Origin: Eledone cirrhosa
Taxonomy: Eukaryota
Direction: 5' to 3'
NCBI GenBank assembly: GCA_964016885.1
Contig: OZ024746.1
Span: 30,690,001 to 30,754,000, forward strand
DNA: 64,000 nt
Under the pieces are notes generated by a model. The model searched no databases and had not been told where the DNA came from. It saw only the letters and a program-made list of their open reading frames with translations. Positions 26,940 to 40,379 of the stretch are shown in pieces. Every line of letters begins with the position of its first letter. Position 1 is the first letter of the stretch. A program made the position numbers and the translations under genes.

Positions 26940-27448
26940 AATATAGACATACACAAACAGTGACATATACAAATTCCATATACACACAAGCATATACATA
27001 TATATCTATGTATACACACATGGTTGCATATATGTATATAGAAGCACAAACATATGCACATGAACAATATTTCAGAGAGACACAGAGAGAGGGGTGGGGA
27101 GAATAAGAGATAGCAGTAAAGAGAAAGAGAGATGAAAGGTAGTGTAATACAGTCTATGAACTTCATCATCATCATCATCATCATCATATAATGTCCATTT
27201 TCCTTACTAGTAAGGATTGGACATGTTGTCACAAAAAGGTCAGTGGTCAAGTGGAAACTGTGGCCTCCACCTGGGATGTGAACCTAACATACGACCTCTC
27301 ACTTTACTGAGTGCATTTACCATGTAGATTACCAGCACTAAGGAAGTTGTCATGCCTGTGACACAACTGAAGGGTACTCCTGACCCTTTATTTGGCAAGG
27401 TTATAATATATATATATATATCATCATCATTATTTTACATCCGCTTTT

Positions 27449-27518
<70 letters not shown>

Positions 27519-27600
27519 ATACAGATATATATATAATATATATATATATGTATGTATGTATGTATGTATGAATATATATATATATATGTATGTATGTATA

Positions 27601-27636
<36 letters not shown>

Positions 27637-27694
27637 TGTATGTATGTATGTATGTATATATACCCAATGACTGGTACAGCCTTAAAGTCATAAA

Positions 27695-27960
27695 TTCTAC
27701 AAGGACAAAGGTGATGCCCTAGAGAGGAGCAACTATAGAGGAATAAAACTAATGCACCAAGTTATGAAAATGATGTGAAGAGTTATAGCGCAACTAAATA
27801 TAGAAAGAGTCAAATTAGGTGAGATGCAGTTTGGTTTCATGCCTGGGAAAAGTACTACCAATGCCCTCTCTTTAGTGAGGCAACTACAAGAGAAGTTCTT
27901 ACCTAAAGAATAAGCCACTAAACCTAGCTTTCATTGACCTAGAAAAAGTGTTTGACAGCC
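27695..27960 (+). mobile_element. RTE RT fragment, decayed
   Basis: [15 protein letters not shown]...MQFGFMPGKSTTNAL...DLEKVFD with stops. Confidence 0.8.
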
Positions 27961-28859
27961 TCTCTAGTGTTGGTGATCGACATGATAAATGTACCCAGTA
28001 CATGCTGTTAGGTGGTTAGTGATAGGAAGGGCATCCAGCTGCAGAAAGGCTGCCAAATAAACGGTAGGAAGGACCATTCAGTTTGTGTCAAAGATGTGAC
28101 ACCCTCACTTTATACACTCAATAGAACATGAGTCTGTATGTAAAGTGTAGACCCCCCCCCCCCCCCAGATAGTCTGGGAGGTTAGTAACTCTGCTTTAGT
28201 ACTGACTTGGTCTATGAAGACCCGTCCAACCCTTGCTAGCAGGGAAAGCATACATTAAAAAATAATGATGATGATGATGATGATGATATATATATCTATC
28301 TATGTATATATATATATTTATAGTTACTTCTTACTTGCATTATATATATATATATATATATTAAAATATCTGAAAGTTAGAAGGGGAAAAGTGCTCAATC
28401 AAGTGCAAGAGATCTAATTTATTATTTATTATATTCCATATAACATGAATCATATTAATAAATAATCATCATCATCATAAACGATGATGATGATGATGAT
28501 GTATCAGCTTATCCATGGTTGAAAATATACTTTATTTGTGTAATTTCTGATTTACAATTAAGTTGATGCTGTACTGTCGTGACAAGTTCTAACAGATAGA
28601 AACATGTATATAGTGGTCCGTGACAGTGACAAATATATTCTGGATTTCCTGATATTATCACTCCTCCTTCTTTAGAGTCACTAATAATTGTCACTAGATT
28701 AGACTGTCTCAGTCTACAGCTAACACCGAAAGATGACGCATACATTCTCAACTCTTTAATCTTCTCAAAAGCCATAAGAGAGTGCTTAGAGACCAAGCAT
28801 TCTGAACTGATGATGGTGACAAAGAGATTGCACCTCATTGACACACATCCAGCCCTCTT

Positions 28860-29835
28860 CCTTCTGAGGAACTGTTTCACACTCACCAAACTCCACTTCA
28901 TGCTATGAGATGCACTTTGTCACCCTCACACAGATCACTTCATCGAACACAACAACACCAGCCAACGCTGTGATAAACTCATTTGCAATGTTAGTTTCAA
29001 CAGTGCAGGCTAACGGCAGGCCCTAGCCTTTGAGCTACTTCTGACCTGGTACTGCCAGCCTCCCTACCCCCAATCACCTCCAGCCACACCCTTATCAGCG
29101 AGGTCCTCCACAAGACAGCAGTACCAGATGTGGGCCAGAAACTCCAATTGAATTGATAAAGGCCTTGCCATTCCTCAGTATGCAAATGTCCAATACAACT
29201 GAGATGTCATCAAGTACAGATCAACTTTCAGGCAGATCAAGTCTTCCTTAGATCAACACCTACCTCCATTCTGCTTCACAGCCAAGCAGTAGCATATGGT
29301 TCAATTTGGTGTCCTTAACCACCCACCGGTCCCCTTCTCGATGATGAATGACCTAGCACCTCAGCCTCCACATGTGTGAACTCCATGAATGCCATTTTGG
29401 AGTTGTTGTTGATAAGTTCAGTCTGCCTCCTCTATCATGCCACCATAGCACAGGTCAGTTCACTTGACACACCAATATGAACAACATAATCAGAATGAGC
29501 CTTGATGCAGCCAGCTTCCTGTCACAACTAGAGCCAGAAGGCTTCAGCCAAGGGATAGTAAGCACCCAAACAGGATAACTCTCTTCCAATTCCAGACAGG
29601 TAAATTCCTAATCTGGGATGCCATGTGCTGTGACTCGTTCTTTGCCCCCAACTTCAGCTGCAAACCTCAACACTGCTGTCCACATGGCAGAGGAGAGTAA
29701 GATAACAAAACATCAGGGGTTCCTTTGCACGCCAGTCAACGTCAAGATTCCAGGTATCCTTGGTCCCGAAACTACTGACGAGGGAGCCCTGTGTGGTAGA
29801 GAGGTTGGTGCAGTGATTGTCTTTGGCCATTCTCT
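28860..29835 (+). mobile_element. Highly decayed CRE-like LINE (endonuclease region)
   Basis: LEPEGFSQGDSKHPNRITLFQFQTGKFLIWDAMCCDS...HMAEESKITKH resembles the LEP.GL.R.DGKRPDG.T..P...GK.L.WD.TC motif. The upstream boundary is uncertain. Confidence 0.6.
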
Positions 29836-29857
29836 GTGGCAATTACTTCACAATTTT

Positions 29858-29895
<38 letters not shown>

Positions 29896-30131
29896 GCATA
29901 TGTCTATGCCTTCATTATTTCTCTTAGTTCTTTCTTCCTTAATCTTCACTTTTCTCTTTTCATAACTCCCTTCTCCCTCCCCTCCCATACACACCCATTC
30001 AAGACCTCCTATCCACCCATCCCTACCCCCTGAGTCTTCCACTATTCATACTGTCTCTGTTATTGAAATTTTAATCTTGACTGATGACAAGGTGAAACTC
30101 CAGAGTAACAAATCTCACCACTTAACCATAA

Positions 30132-30192
<61 letters not shown>

Positions 30193-30194
30193 AC

Positions 30195-30227
<33 letters not shown>

Positions 30228-30254
30228 GGACATATAAGCAGAAATACACACACA

Positions 30255-30317
<63 letters not shown>

Positions 30318-30519
30318 CATACTCATACACTACAAAAACTGATAAGAGTACCAATTATTCAATCAATAACTATTTCCTATGGTCTGATATAAGAAATCAA
30401 TGGCTTGATAATGGTGATCAATACTGACTGATTAAGTATATTAAGTGTATTGATCTACAACTAATTGGAATGGGCTTATGTGGACACAGTCAGTGGAAGT
30501 AGTATTTTAAATATCCGGT

Positions 30520-31345
30520 TCATAGCTATAGTATACTATGGTACACACTATACTACATTGTAGTATGGTACACACTATACTATTTCCCATTCTGAGTTCA
30601 AATCCCGCCAAGGTTAACTTTGCCTTTCATCCTTACGGAGTCGATAAAATAAAGTACCAGTAATGCACTGGGTAATTGCTGGCCTTGTGCCTAACGTAGA
30701 AACAATTATAGTATACTATGGTACACACTATAGTACATAATATACTGTGCTATGTTAGACACTATACTATACTATGGTACACGTGTATGCTATACTATAG
30801 TATACACTATACTACACTATAGTATACACTATACTACACTATAGTATACACTATACTACACTATAGTATACACTATATTATACTATACAGCACTATAGTT
30901 TACTATGATACACAATGGTACACACTACACTACACTATAGTATACTATGGTACACTACACTATAGTATACACTATATTATACTATGGTATATACTATAGT
31001 ACACTATAGTATATAGCTACAGTATACTATGGGACACACTATACTACACTATAGTACACACTATAGTACATTATGTTACCTACTCACAGCTAGGTGTACT
31101 AAGTTGTTTGGAAGGTAGAGGATTTTCCATGGTACAGTACAATGCATCAAATCACATTGTGGTACCTACTTACAGCTAGGTGGATTGAGCTGTCATGAGG
31201 TGTTTACTATAACCACAATACAGTGTCTTAAACTACATTGTGGTACCTACTTACAGCTAGGTAGACTGAGCTATCAAGAGGCAAGTGTCGTTACTATAGA
31301 CACAGTAAAGTGTCCTACTTACAGTTAGGTAAAATGAGCTGTTTG
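30520..31345. repeat. CTATAG/TATAC-rich low-complexity repeat followed by 3-4 diverged ~80-88-bp units
   Basis: Repeated ACACTATAGTATAC; then CCTACT(T/C)ACAG(C/T)TAGGT near 31079, 31165, 31245 and 31314. Confidence 0.75.
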
Positions 31346-31530
31346 AGAGTAATTTTTTTTTTTTTTTTCTGTTAAAATATTGATTTCTTTCGAAATAACT
31401 GTTTCTACTTTAGGCACAAGGCCAGCAAATACCTAGTGCATTACTGGTACTTTATTTTATCGACCCCGTAAGGATGAAAGGCAAAGTCAAACTCGGCGGG
31501 ATGACTTTTAACTTAATTTTCTTTCTAAAA

Positions 31531-33274
31531 CTAGTGGAAAACAAGGGAAGCAACTCATCTTTATTACTTTTGTGTTCTATGTACAACATTAACTAATGTA
31601 GTGCTATATAAATTAACTAATTTCAAACGGCATTATCTCCCCATTGCCATGGGGGGGGGGGGCTAGATCCATATTTCCATACTGTGTCACCGAAGCTCCC
31701 CAGTTCATAGTGTGCCACCCTAGCACCGCAGTGCCATAGTGCGGAACCCTAGCTTCAAAGTGCCATATTTTCCCACACTATCTCTCCATTGCCATAGGGG
31801 AGTCACCCTAGCTCCATATTTCCATACTGTGTCATTGAACCTCCCCAGTTTCCTAGTGTGTAACCCTAGCTCCGCAGTGCCATAATGCGGCACCCTAGCT
31901 TCAAAGTGGCATATTTTCCACACTATCTCTCCATTGGCATAAGGTTGGTCATTCTAGCTCCATATTTCCATACTGTGTCATTGAACTTCACTTCCCTAGT
32001 GTGCCACCCTAGCTCTGCAGTGCCATACTGCGGGACCCTAGCTCCAAAGTGCTATATTGTGCCACCCTATCTCCCCATTGCCATAAGGGTCACCCTAGCT
32101 CATATTTCCATACTGTGTCACTCAAACTTCCCAGTTGCATAGTGTGCCACCCTAGCTCCGCAGTGTCATAGTGTTTCACCCTAGCTTCAAAGTGCCAAAT
32201 TTTTCCACACTATACCCCCATTTCCATAGGTGGGGGTCACCCTAGCTCCATATTTCCACCATATCATTGAACCTCTCCAGTTCTATAGTGTTCCACCCTA
32301 GCCCCGCAGTGCCATAGTGCAGAAACCTAGCTCCGAAGTACCGCATTCTTCCACCCTATCTCCTCATTTCGATACTATGATATCCTAGTTCCATATTTCC
32401 ATACTGTGCCACTGAAACTTCCCATATGACACCCTAGCACCGCAGTGCCATACCACGGTACCCTAGCTCCAAAGTGCCGTATTTTCCCACACTATCTCCC
32501 CAATCCCTTAGGGGGTCACCCTAGCTCCATATTTCCATACTGTGTCACTCAAACTCTCAGTGCCATTGTGTTCCACCCTAGCTCCGCAGTGCCATATTGC
32601 GGCACTCTAGCTCCGAAATGCCTTATTTATCACCCTATCTCCCTATTGCCATACTGTGTCATCCTAGTTCCATATTTCCATACTGTGTCACTGAAGCCTC
32701 CCAGTGCCAGTGTGTCACCCTAGCTCCGCAGTGCCATAGTGAGGCATCCTAGCTTCAAAGTACCATATTTTCCCACATTATCTCCCCATTGGCATAGGGG
32801 ATTAACCTAGCTCCATATTTCCTTACTGTGTCATTGATGTTCCCCATGTCCATAGTGTGCCACCCTAGCTCCGCAGTGCCATAGTGCGGCACCCAAGCTC
32901 CGAAGTGCCGTATATTTCCACCCTATCTCCACATTGCCATACTGCAAAACCCTAACCACTCAGTTCCATAATTTCCCACCCTAACTCCGCAGTGCCATAT
33001 TGCGGCACCTTAGCTTCAAAGGGCCTTATGTCACCATTGCCATACTGCTTCACTCTAGCTCCATATTTCCATATTGTGTCACTCAAGTTTCCCAGTGCCA
33101 TAGTGTGACACCCTAGCTCTACAGTGCGGTACTGTACTACCCTAGCCCCGCAGTGCCACAGTGAGGTACCTTATCTTCGAAGTGCCGTATTTTACCACAC
33201 TATCTCACCATTGCTATATTTTACCATCCTATGTTCCCAGTGCCATACTGTCCCTTAACAGAATCTTAAGACGG

Positions 33275-33319
<45 letters not shown>

Positions 33320-33428
33320 CGAAAATGGGCGTAGAATTTTCACCATCCCGCTTCCTTCGTTTTAACTCATTCATCTCACGAGCAGACAGACACACAGTCG
33401 GACACGATTCGACTTTTATACATGTAGA
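31531..33428 (-). mobile_element. Non-autonomous Helitron-like element with an internal ~143-bp tandem array
   Basis: Minus strand starts A|TCTACATGTATAAAAGTCG followed by a TGTC-type repeat and ends CACTAG|T. An internal array with recurring CATATTTCCATACTGTGTCA spans about 31630-33250. No clear subterminal hairpin was seen. Confidence 0.5.
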
Positions 33429-33959
33429 TCTCTAAATAAAAGACAGTGTGGTCATGGATGGGACACTTTGGGTCATTGTCCTGCATGATTAAAGAGGGCT
33501 TGGAACAAAATAACAACAATAAATATACGGGTCACTGCGTATACTCCTCGCCGTGGATAATGATCTCTAGTATAGGCACAAAGCCAGTAATTTGGGGCGA
33601 GAGGAAAGTCAATTAAATCGACCTCAGTGCATGACTGGTGCTTTATTTTATCGACCCCGTAAAGATGAAAGGCAAAGTTAACCTCGGCGGGATTTGAACT
33701 CAAACAGTAAAGCGGCGTAACTCCGTGCTGCAAAGCATGGTGCTTGACGCTCTACCGATACTGCCAATCGAAAATAATGTCATCTCATCTTCCACCGGTT
33801 TCCAACAGGGTGACCACTTAAGCCCCCTCCTCTTGGCAAGGAACGACCGCGAGATCAATTAATTTAATTCGGAGGTCCTGAACGCTAACTGCGACTCAGA
33901 GGGATTTAAAGTATCCGTCATGGACGTGCGATCGATGCTACCCCAGATCCAGTGGCCCC

Positions 33960-34745
33960 AAAATTCGAAATTATCCCCCTCGAACCTAACGCATTTTCCA
34001 TCCTTCTCCGCCACGCTTCCATGTACTCCTGGAAGGATTGTCCCGGAATTCTCCGTAGCTCCATCATCACGGCCCTCTTAATGGCTTCCATGTCCGAAAA
34101 ACGGATCCCTTTGATGATCCTTACCAATGATGACTCTCCCCTGTAAGACTGGTTCGGTTTTAAAACTCTCGGGGATGTTATGACACACCTACATACGCTG
34201 CCCTTCTAGTCATAGTTCACCAGCTTCGGCACCATTTTCGCACAGATCTTCCACATGCCCAAACCTTCGTTGATAATCATGCCCAGCTTACTTGTGATCA
34301 GTCGAACAGTCAGCCGATGATCGCCACATACCACAGGCATCACACGCTCAACGTTGGCCTCAGTTCTGCTCATTAAAGGCCTTCCGCTCCTGGGGTCGTC
34401 TTCCAAGTCTTCGCGTCAGTCTTTGAATCTTTTGTGTCACTCGAAAACCTGTGAGAACAACATCGTCTCATCTCCATGCACTTGCTGCAGCATTCCGAGT
34501 GCTTCTGATGGACCAGAAACTTCAGGGTGGTTCATTGCTCTGTACCCATCACTTGATGGCCTAAAATTGAGGATCTGTTAACAAAAGCACGTAGAAAAAC
34601 ATGTAATGGCTGCAGAGAACTGAGATCACATGTATATACTCCCTGGATATTACGTCACACGGTGACGCAACCCGCTAATCCCTACCCCACACATAGCTGA
34701 TAGAGCACAAGACTAAGTCTTGTTGCTTTTCTGATACACCTCGTA
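33960..34745 (-). mobile_element. Mariner-family transposon relic, internally deleted
   Basis: EDDPRSGRP...DHRLTVRLI...KICAKMVPK and KGIRFSDMEAIKRAV...W.RR; terminal TA|CGAGGTGTATCAGAAAAG at about 34745. Confidence 0.8.
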
Positions 34746-34784
34746 TATACATACACACTGTGTGTATGCATATATACGTATTTT

Positions 34785-35105
34785 TCATTTTACGTCCGCT
34801 TTTTCCCTGCTTGCAAGGGTGGGACGGCAACTGATTCTGGCTTGATTTCTACAGCTGGATGCCCTTCCTAACACCAACCTCATTTACAGTGAGTGCTGGG
34901 TGCTTTTTTTGCTGTGGCACCTCCACGACTACTTTGCAGTGGAATGATAGGGACCCCAGTCATCATCTCATTTCTACAGCTGAGTAAACTGGAGCAATGT
35001 GAAATAAAGGGTCTTGCTCAAGGAAACAACACATCACCCGGTCTGAGAATTGAACTCACAACCTTTCGATTGCAAGGCCAATAACTACTAAGCCATGTGC
35101 CTCCG
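34785..35105 (-). mobile_element. SINE family 2, full length
   Basis: tRNA head GGAGGCACATGGCTTTAGTAG...GAGTTCAATTC with an RTE-type tail. Confidence 0.85.
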
Positions 35106-35183
<78 letters not shown>

Positions 35184-35204
35184 AAAAATATAGGAAGCTC
35201 GACA

Positions 35205-35548
35205 TGATGATAATAATATAATAATAATGAAATTGTGTACAGTGCCCAGGTGCACTACACCTCATCAAAGTTGCATTTATAGTACATAGATACATGCGTG
35301 CGTGTGTATAGAGGGGGAATATCAGGTGTAGTGTTGGCGAATTTCGGGAAGCATGGTGGCTTTGAAGAGTTCAATGTCCCGACAGCTAACAATTGATGTA
35401 GGTAGTTTGTTTTCCGAAAGTCATGGGAGCTGTGCTGTTTGCTGACTTTGTAGGCATGTCCACGGGTGTTAGACACATGGAATTCCAAAAGGTGTTCAGG
35501 GTTGTTGTTGGCAGACGTCGGAGTTTCAATGTATCCATGCCCAGAGAA
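35205..35548 (-). mobile_element. CR1-like LINE 3' fragment
   Basis: DTLKLRRL and SNTRGH; same 3' end as the 37003-39022 element. Another fragment lies at about 14040-14232. Confidence 0.75.
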
Positions 35549-35696
35549 TTATGATGAGAATTATATATAACTTGTAATATAATGAAACGAAATTTCATTT
35601 CTCACTCTTAGTACGGCACTTACTTAAATGTAAGCATGTATGTATACGTACATACATATATGTATACAGACGTACAGTAGCATGCATATATATATA

Positions 35697-35754
<58 letters not shown>

Positions 35755-35829
35755 CAGGTACACATATATATATGTACGTATCAGTTTAGCGGACGTTTAT
35801 TATAACGCCCGCTTTGTCCGTTTGTAAAC

Positions 35830-36092
35830 AAGCGGACAGCCTGATTTATGCCGTACGGTGTTAAGGCAACCACGTCACCTTTTTTGTTCAACACTGAGAC
35901 AGGAACGATGTACTAGTTTCAAGCTTCTTAGCTATCATCAGCACCGTATACCCTTCTGCCATATATATAACTGTTTTTTCTACATTCAGGTAAGATTTTT
36001 CTGTATCTGGATTACTTCCCTTACATCTGAAACATCTTTCATTTTCTAGTAGCGTTGGTATTGCTGATATTGGCCACCTCTTTCGAACAGTA
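35830..36092 (-). mobile_element. Possible Tc1-like transposon 5' relic
   Basis: KSYLNVEKTVIYMAEGYTVLMIAKKLETS resembles a Tc1 N-terminal HTH; begins TACTGTTCGAAAGAGGTGGCC. Confidence 0.35.
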
Positions 36093-36303
36093 TATGTGTA
36101 TGTATATGCATGTGTGTGTGTCTGTGTGCGTGTTTGCGACAAGCTAGTGCAGATTCTGCATCTTCTCTTACAAACCATTGGTTACTCCGATGTTATAGTA
36201 AAAGATACTTGCTCAATGTGCTACGCTGTGGGATTGAATCAAGACCCACAAGGTTGCGAAGCGAATTCCTTAACCACTCAGCCATAACTGTACCTACATT
36301 GAT

Positions 36304-36378
<75 letters not shown>

Positions 36379-37002
36379 AAACACGACTTTACAACCAACT
36401 GATAATATTAATTAACTATACTGAAATAATTGTTTCTACTTTAGGCACAAGGCCAGCAATTACCCAGTGCATTACTGGTACTTTATTTTATCGACCCCGT
36501 AAGGATGAAAGGCAAAGTCAACCTCGGCGGGATTTGAACTCAGGGATTTGAAATAATAACTAGTTGATAACATAAACCAACATTAACTAATTATTTGAAG
36601 GAGGGAAGTCGATTAAACTGCTCCAGTATGTTACTGGTACTTTATTTTATCGATCCTATAAGGATAACAAGCAAAGCTGAACTCGGCAGGATTTGAACTC
36701 AGGAGGTAAAGGGAGATAACTCTATATGACAAAACGTGTTCGACGGTTTTGATTTATCTTCGCCCATTTATTCCTGAGAGGGTCGTGGGGGCAGAGTCCT
36801 CCAACACTCCTTCTAGCGGGTCCTGTCAGAAGCAACAGACTCCAACTAATACAGCTGAATCCCCAAGCGAGACCAGCGGAGCTCATGGATGTTATCCAAC
36901 CATCTTGCTCGAGGTCAATCCCTGCCGGTTGGTTTTGTCCGTAAAACCTGACCAGCGATTCCTTCCTGACATTCTAACCCTATGCCCATAGTATCGGACT
37001 AT

Positions 37003-39022
37003 GATAATGATAATAATAATAATAATAATAATGAAATTATTGTGTAAAGTGCTCAGGGGCACTACAACTCGTCAAAGGTGCATGTATAGTACATAGAATA
37101 ATATACAAATGTCAGGGAGGTGAATATTGTATGAGTCATGAATATTAGGTGTAGTGTTGGCGAATCTCGGGAAGCATGGAGGTTTTAAAGGATGCAGTGT
37201 CTCGACAGCTAACAACTGATGCAGGTAGTTTGTTCCATGGAGGTTTTAAAGGATGCAGTGTCTCGACAGCTAACAACTGATGCAGGTAGTTTGTTCCATG
37301 GAGGTTTTAAAGGATGCAGTGTCTCGACAGCTAACAACTGATGCAGGTAGTTTGTTCCATGGAGGTTTTAAAGGATGCAGTGTCTCGACAGCTAACAACT
37401 GATGCAGGTAGTTTGTTCCATGGAGGTTTTAAAGGATGCAGTGTCTCGACAGCTAACAACTGATGCAGGTAGTTTGTTCCATGGAGGTTTTAAAGGATGC
37501 AGTGTCTCGACAGCTAACAACTGATGCAGGTAGTTTGTTCCATGGAGGTTTTAAAGGATGCAGTGTCTCGACAGCTAACAACTGATGCAGGTAGTTTGTT
37601 CCATGGAGGTTTTAAAGGATGCAGTGTCTCGACAGCTAACAACTGATGCAGGTAGTTTGTTCCATGGAGGTTTTAAAGGATGCAGTGTCTCGACAGCTAA
37701 CAACTGATGCAGGTAGTTTGTTCCATGCTTCAGCAACTCTGAGCGTGAAAAAATGTGTCCGAAAGTCATGGGAACTGTGCTGTTTTCTGACTTTGTGGGT
37801 ATGCCCACGTGTGTTAGACACATGGAAATCAAAAAGGTACTCAGGGTTGTTGTTGGCAAGATGGTTAATAATTTTGTGGGTGTTTACCAAGTCAGTTGCC
37901 AGGCGTCGGAGCTTCAATGTATCCATGCCCAGGGAAGCACGGCGTTCAGAGTATGGTAGATGCCTGGTGGAGGGTATTCGCTTGGTTGCACGTTCTGAAC
38001 AGTTTCCATGCGGTCAATGTTCCATGCGGTCAAGATAGGGGTTCCAGACTGGTGATGCAAATTCTAAGTGTGGCCGCACCATAGCCATGTACAGCTTTAA
38101 ATAGATAGCTAGAGAGCGGCTGACAAAGGCCTTGCTGGGTGATGCTAAAACACCCTCGGCCCTTTTGACAATTTTAGAGACATGCTTCGTCCAACGCAAA
38201 TTACTGCTGACCGTAATGCCCAGGTCACATTCACAAGAAGACTTCTTGATATTAGCGCTGTGGAGGGAGTATGTGGACGCTGGGTTTTTACTCCCAAAAT
38301 GCATGGTGGTGCACTTGTCCACAGCTAGCTTGAGTTGCCAGTCTGTGATCCATTGTTGCATTGTGTCCAGGTCATACTGCAAGCAAGATCTATAGTTTTC
38401 AGGATCTGTCCTTTTTATCTCAAGGTACAGCTTGATGTCATCTGCGTATTTCAGTACTGTGGCATTCTTTAAGTTGGCATCTATGTCATTAATATATGCC
38501 ACAAACAAAAGGGGGCCAAGAACAGATCCCTGTGGACAACCAGATGACATCTCATATGGTGAGGAATGCTGTCCCAGAATCGTGACTACCTCTCTTCGAC
38601 TGAGAATGAAGGACTTCAACCAGTTAAAAAGATCATCCTTCACACCCATTGCAGAGAGTTTTGCCATAAGCCTTTTGTGTGGCACAGAATTGAAAGCTTT
38701 CGCAAAGTCAAGGTAAACAACATCCACCCATGAGCCGCCATCAGTGATCCGGGTGATGTCTTCAAGAAACTCGATAAGTTGATCACAACAGCTGGAGTTA
38801 GGGATAAATCCAAATTGCGAGGGCCGGATAAGACTGTGAGAGTTCCAGAAGTTCCAAAGTGTTTCTCTGACACAGGATTCCATCAGTTTGGCAATGCAAC
38901 TAGTAAGACTGACTGGACGATAGTTCACAGGTGATGTGCGGTCACCCTTTTTGAACAGGGGAATGACACTGGCAGTTTTCCACTGTTCTGGAGTAGCAAC
39001 GTTGTTCAGACAGAATTGGAAG
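37003..39022 (-). mobile_element. CR1/L2-group LINE, 5'-truncated, with (ATT)n tail
   Basis: ORF 38014-38928 contains NYRPVSLTS, QFGF, VYLDFAKAF, SGCPQGSVLGP, KYADD and VRPHLEFASPVWNP; the C-terminus has TRGH and WNKLP. Confidence 0.9.
37175..37727. repeat. 61-bp tandem repeat, 9 copies, inside the CR1-like element's 3' end
   Basis: CATGGAGGTTTTAAAGGATGCAGTGTCTCGACAGCTAACAACTGATGCAGGTAGTTTGTTC; unit starts at 37175, 37236 and so on, with a final CATG at 37724. Confidence 0.95.
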
Positions 39023-39029
39023 ATCTCTT

Positions 39030-39410
39030 AATTGAAATAAGTAGCGGCTCTACCTGGAGTGATTCTCTGATCTCCAAAGACCCTTCGGAGGAACCCCATT
39101 TCGGCTGCTTGTATTCGCGATCGTATTCTCTCGGTCATTACACAAGATTCATGACCATAGGTAAGGGTTGGCACGAATACCGAAATGGATATTGAGTTTG
39201 GCTTTTACACCTATCTCTCTTCTTCTGATTACCGAATGCTGACGCTGGCGCATTACTGCACTAGCTCCTGCAATTCTTGCACTTAATTCAGCCTCCTTCC
39301 TTCCATCACTCGTGAACATGACCCCGAGATACTTGAACTTCTCCACCTGCTTCAGTGAAACTCCATTCACATGTAGAGTGCACTGCGCAGGCTTTCTTCG
39401 GAGGCTTTGA
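39030..39410 (-). mobile_element. Second RTE-type LINE fragment
   Basis: LKQVEKFKYLGVMFTSDGR...ARI; related decayed pieces at about 36765-36995 and 47480-47930. Confidence 0.7.
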
Positions 39411-39646
39411 TCTATGTTTGAAAAATTGTACTAGTTACATCTGAAAGGCCTAACTGTTCGATGTGTGCCAACCAACAACAACAACAACATGATGGGCCTC
39501 CTTCGGCTTTGACGATGAGTTCTCCAGTTGTTCAATCACTGGGTGTCTGCTCATGGAATTAATGTGTGAATGGTTGACATTACACAGACACGTTTATCCT
39601 TAGTGTAATTTCCAGGGAGATTCGGCGTAACACAGTGTGACAAGGA

Positions 39647-39998
39647 TCATCATCATCATCATCATCATCATCATTTTACGTCTGCTTTTCCCTGCTTGCA
39701 AGGGTGGGACGGGAACTGATTCTGGCTTGATTTCTACAGCTGGATGCCCTTCCTAACACCAACCTCATTTACAGTGAGTGCTGGGTGCTTTTTTTGCCGT
39801 GGCACCTCCACGACCACTTTGCAGTGGAATGATATGGACCCCAGTCCCTATCATCTCATTTCTACAGCTGAGTAAACTGGAGCAATGTGAAATAAAGTGT
39901 CTTGCTCAAGGAAACAACACATCACTCGGTCTGAGAATTGAACTCACGACCTTTCGATTGCAAGGCCAATGCTGTAACCACTAAGCCATGTGCCTTCA
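39647..39998 (-). mobile_element. SINE family 2, full length
   Basis: tRNA head and (GAT)n tail; near-identical to 34785-35105. Confidence 0.88.
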
Positions 39999-40379
39999 AG
40001 GATGGCTCTTTAAATTAGATACAGACCATCTAATGGTCTTCCATAGCTCCTGTCTACTCAATTTCATTAACAATGCATGGGTCGACCTGACGGTATGGTA
40101 AATGACCCTGGCCCAAGATGTCAGGCAGTGGGTCTGAACCCGAAACTTAATGATTGCGAAGCGAACTACTTAACTATGCTGTGTCCATAACAACAGATCA
40201 ATGAGTATTGAACATGATGAATGAAATTCCTAATCCGGGGAGCGAGACCGGACAGCTCCCTCATCCTTGTACACCATTTTACTTCCTGTGAATGAAGCAT
40301 TGTTCCGCCTAACATGTGAAGCACATGATCAAATGACGGAGTGGGAGTGTGTTGCGAGAGGTGGGGGTGCAATTATTGA

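Noticed and set aside
31630-33250. Telomeric (CCCTAA)n-derived array
   Set aside because: The recurring motif is CCCTAG within longer units, not tandem telomeric hexamers.
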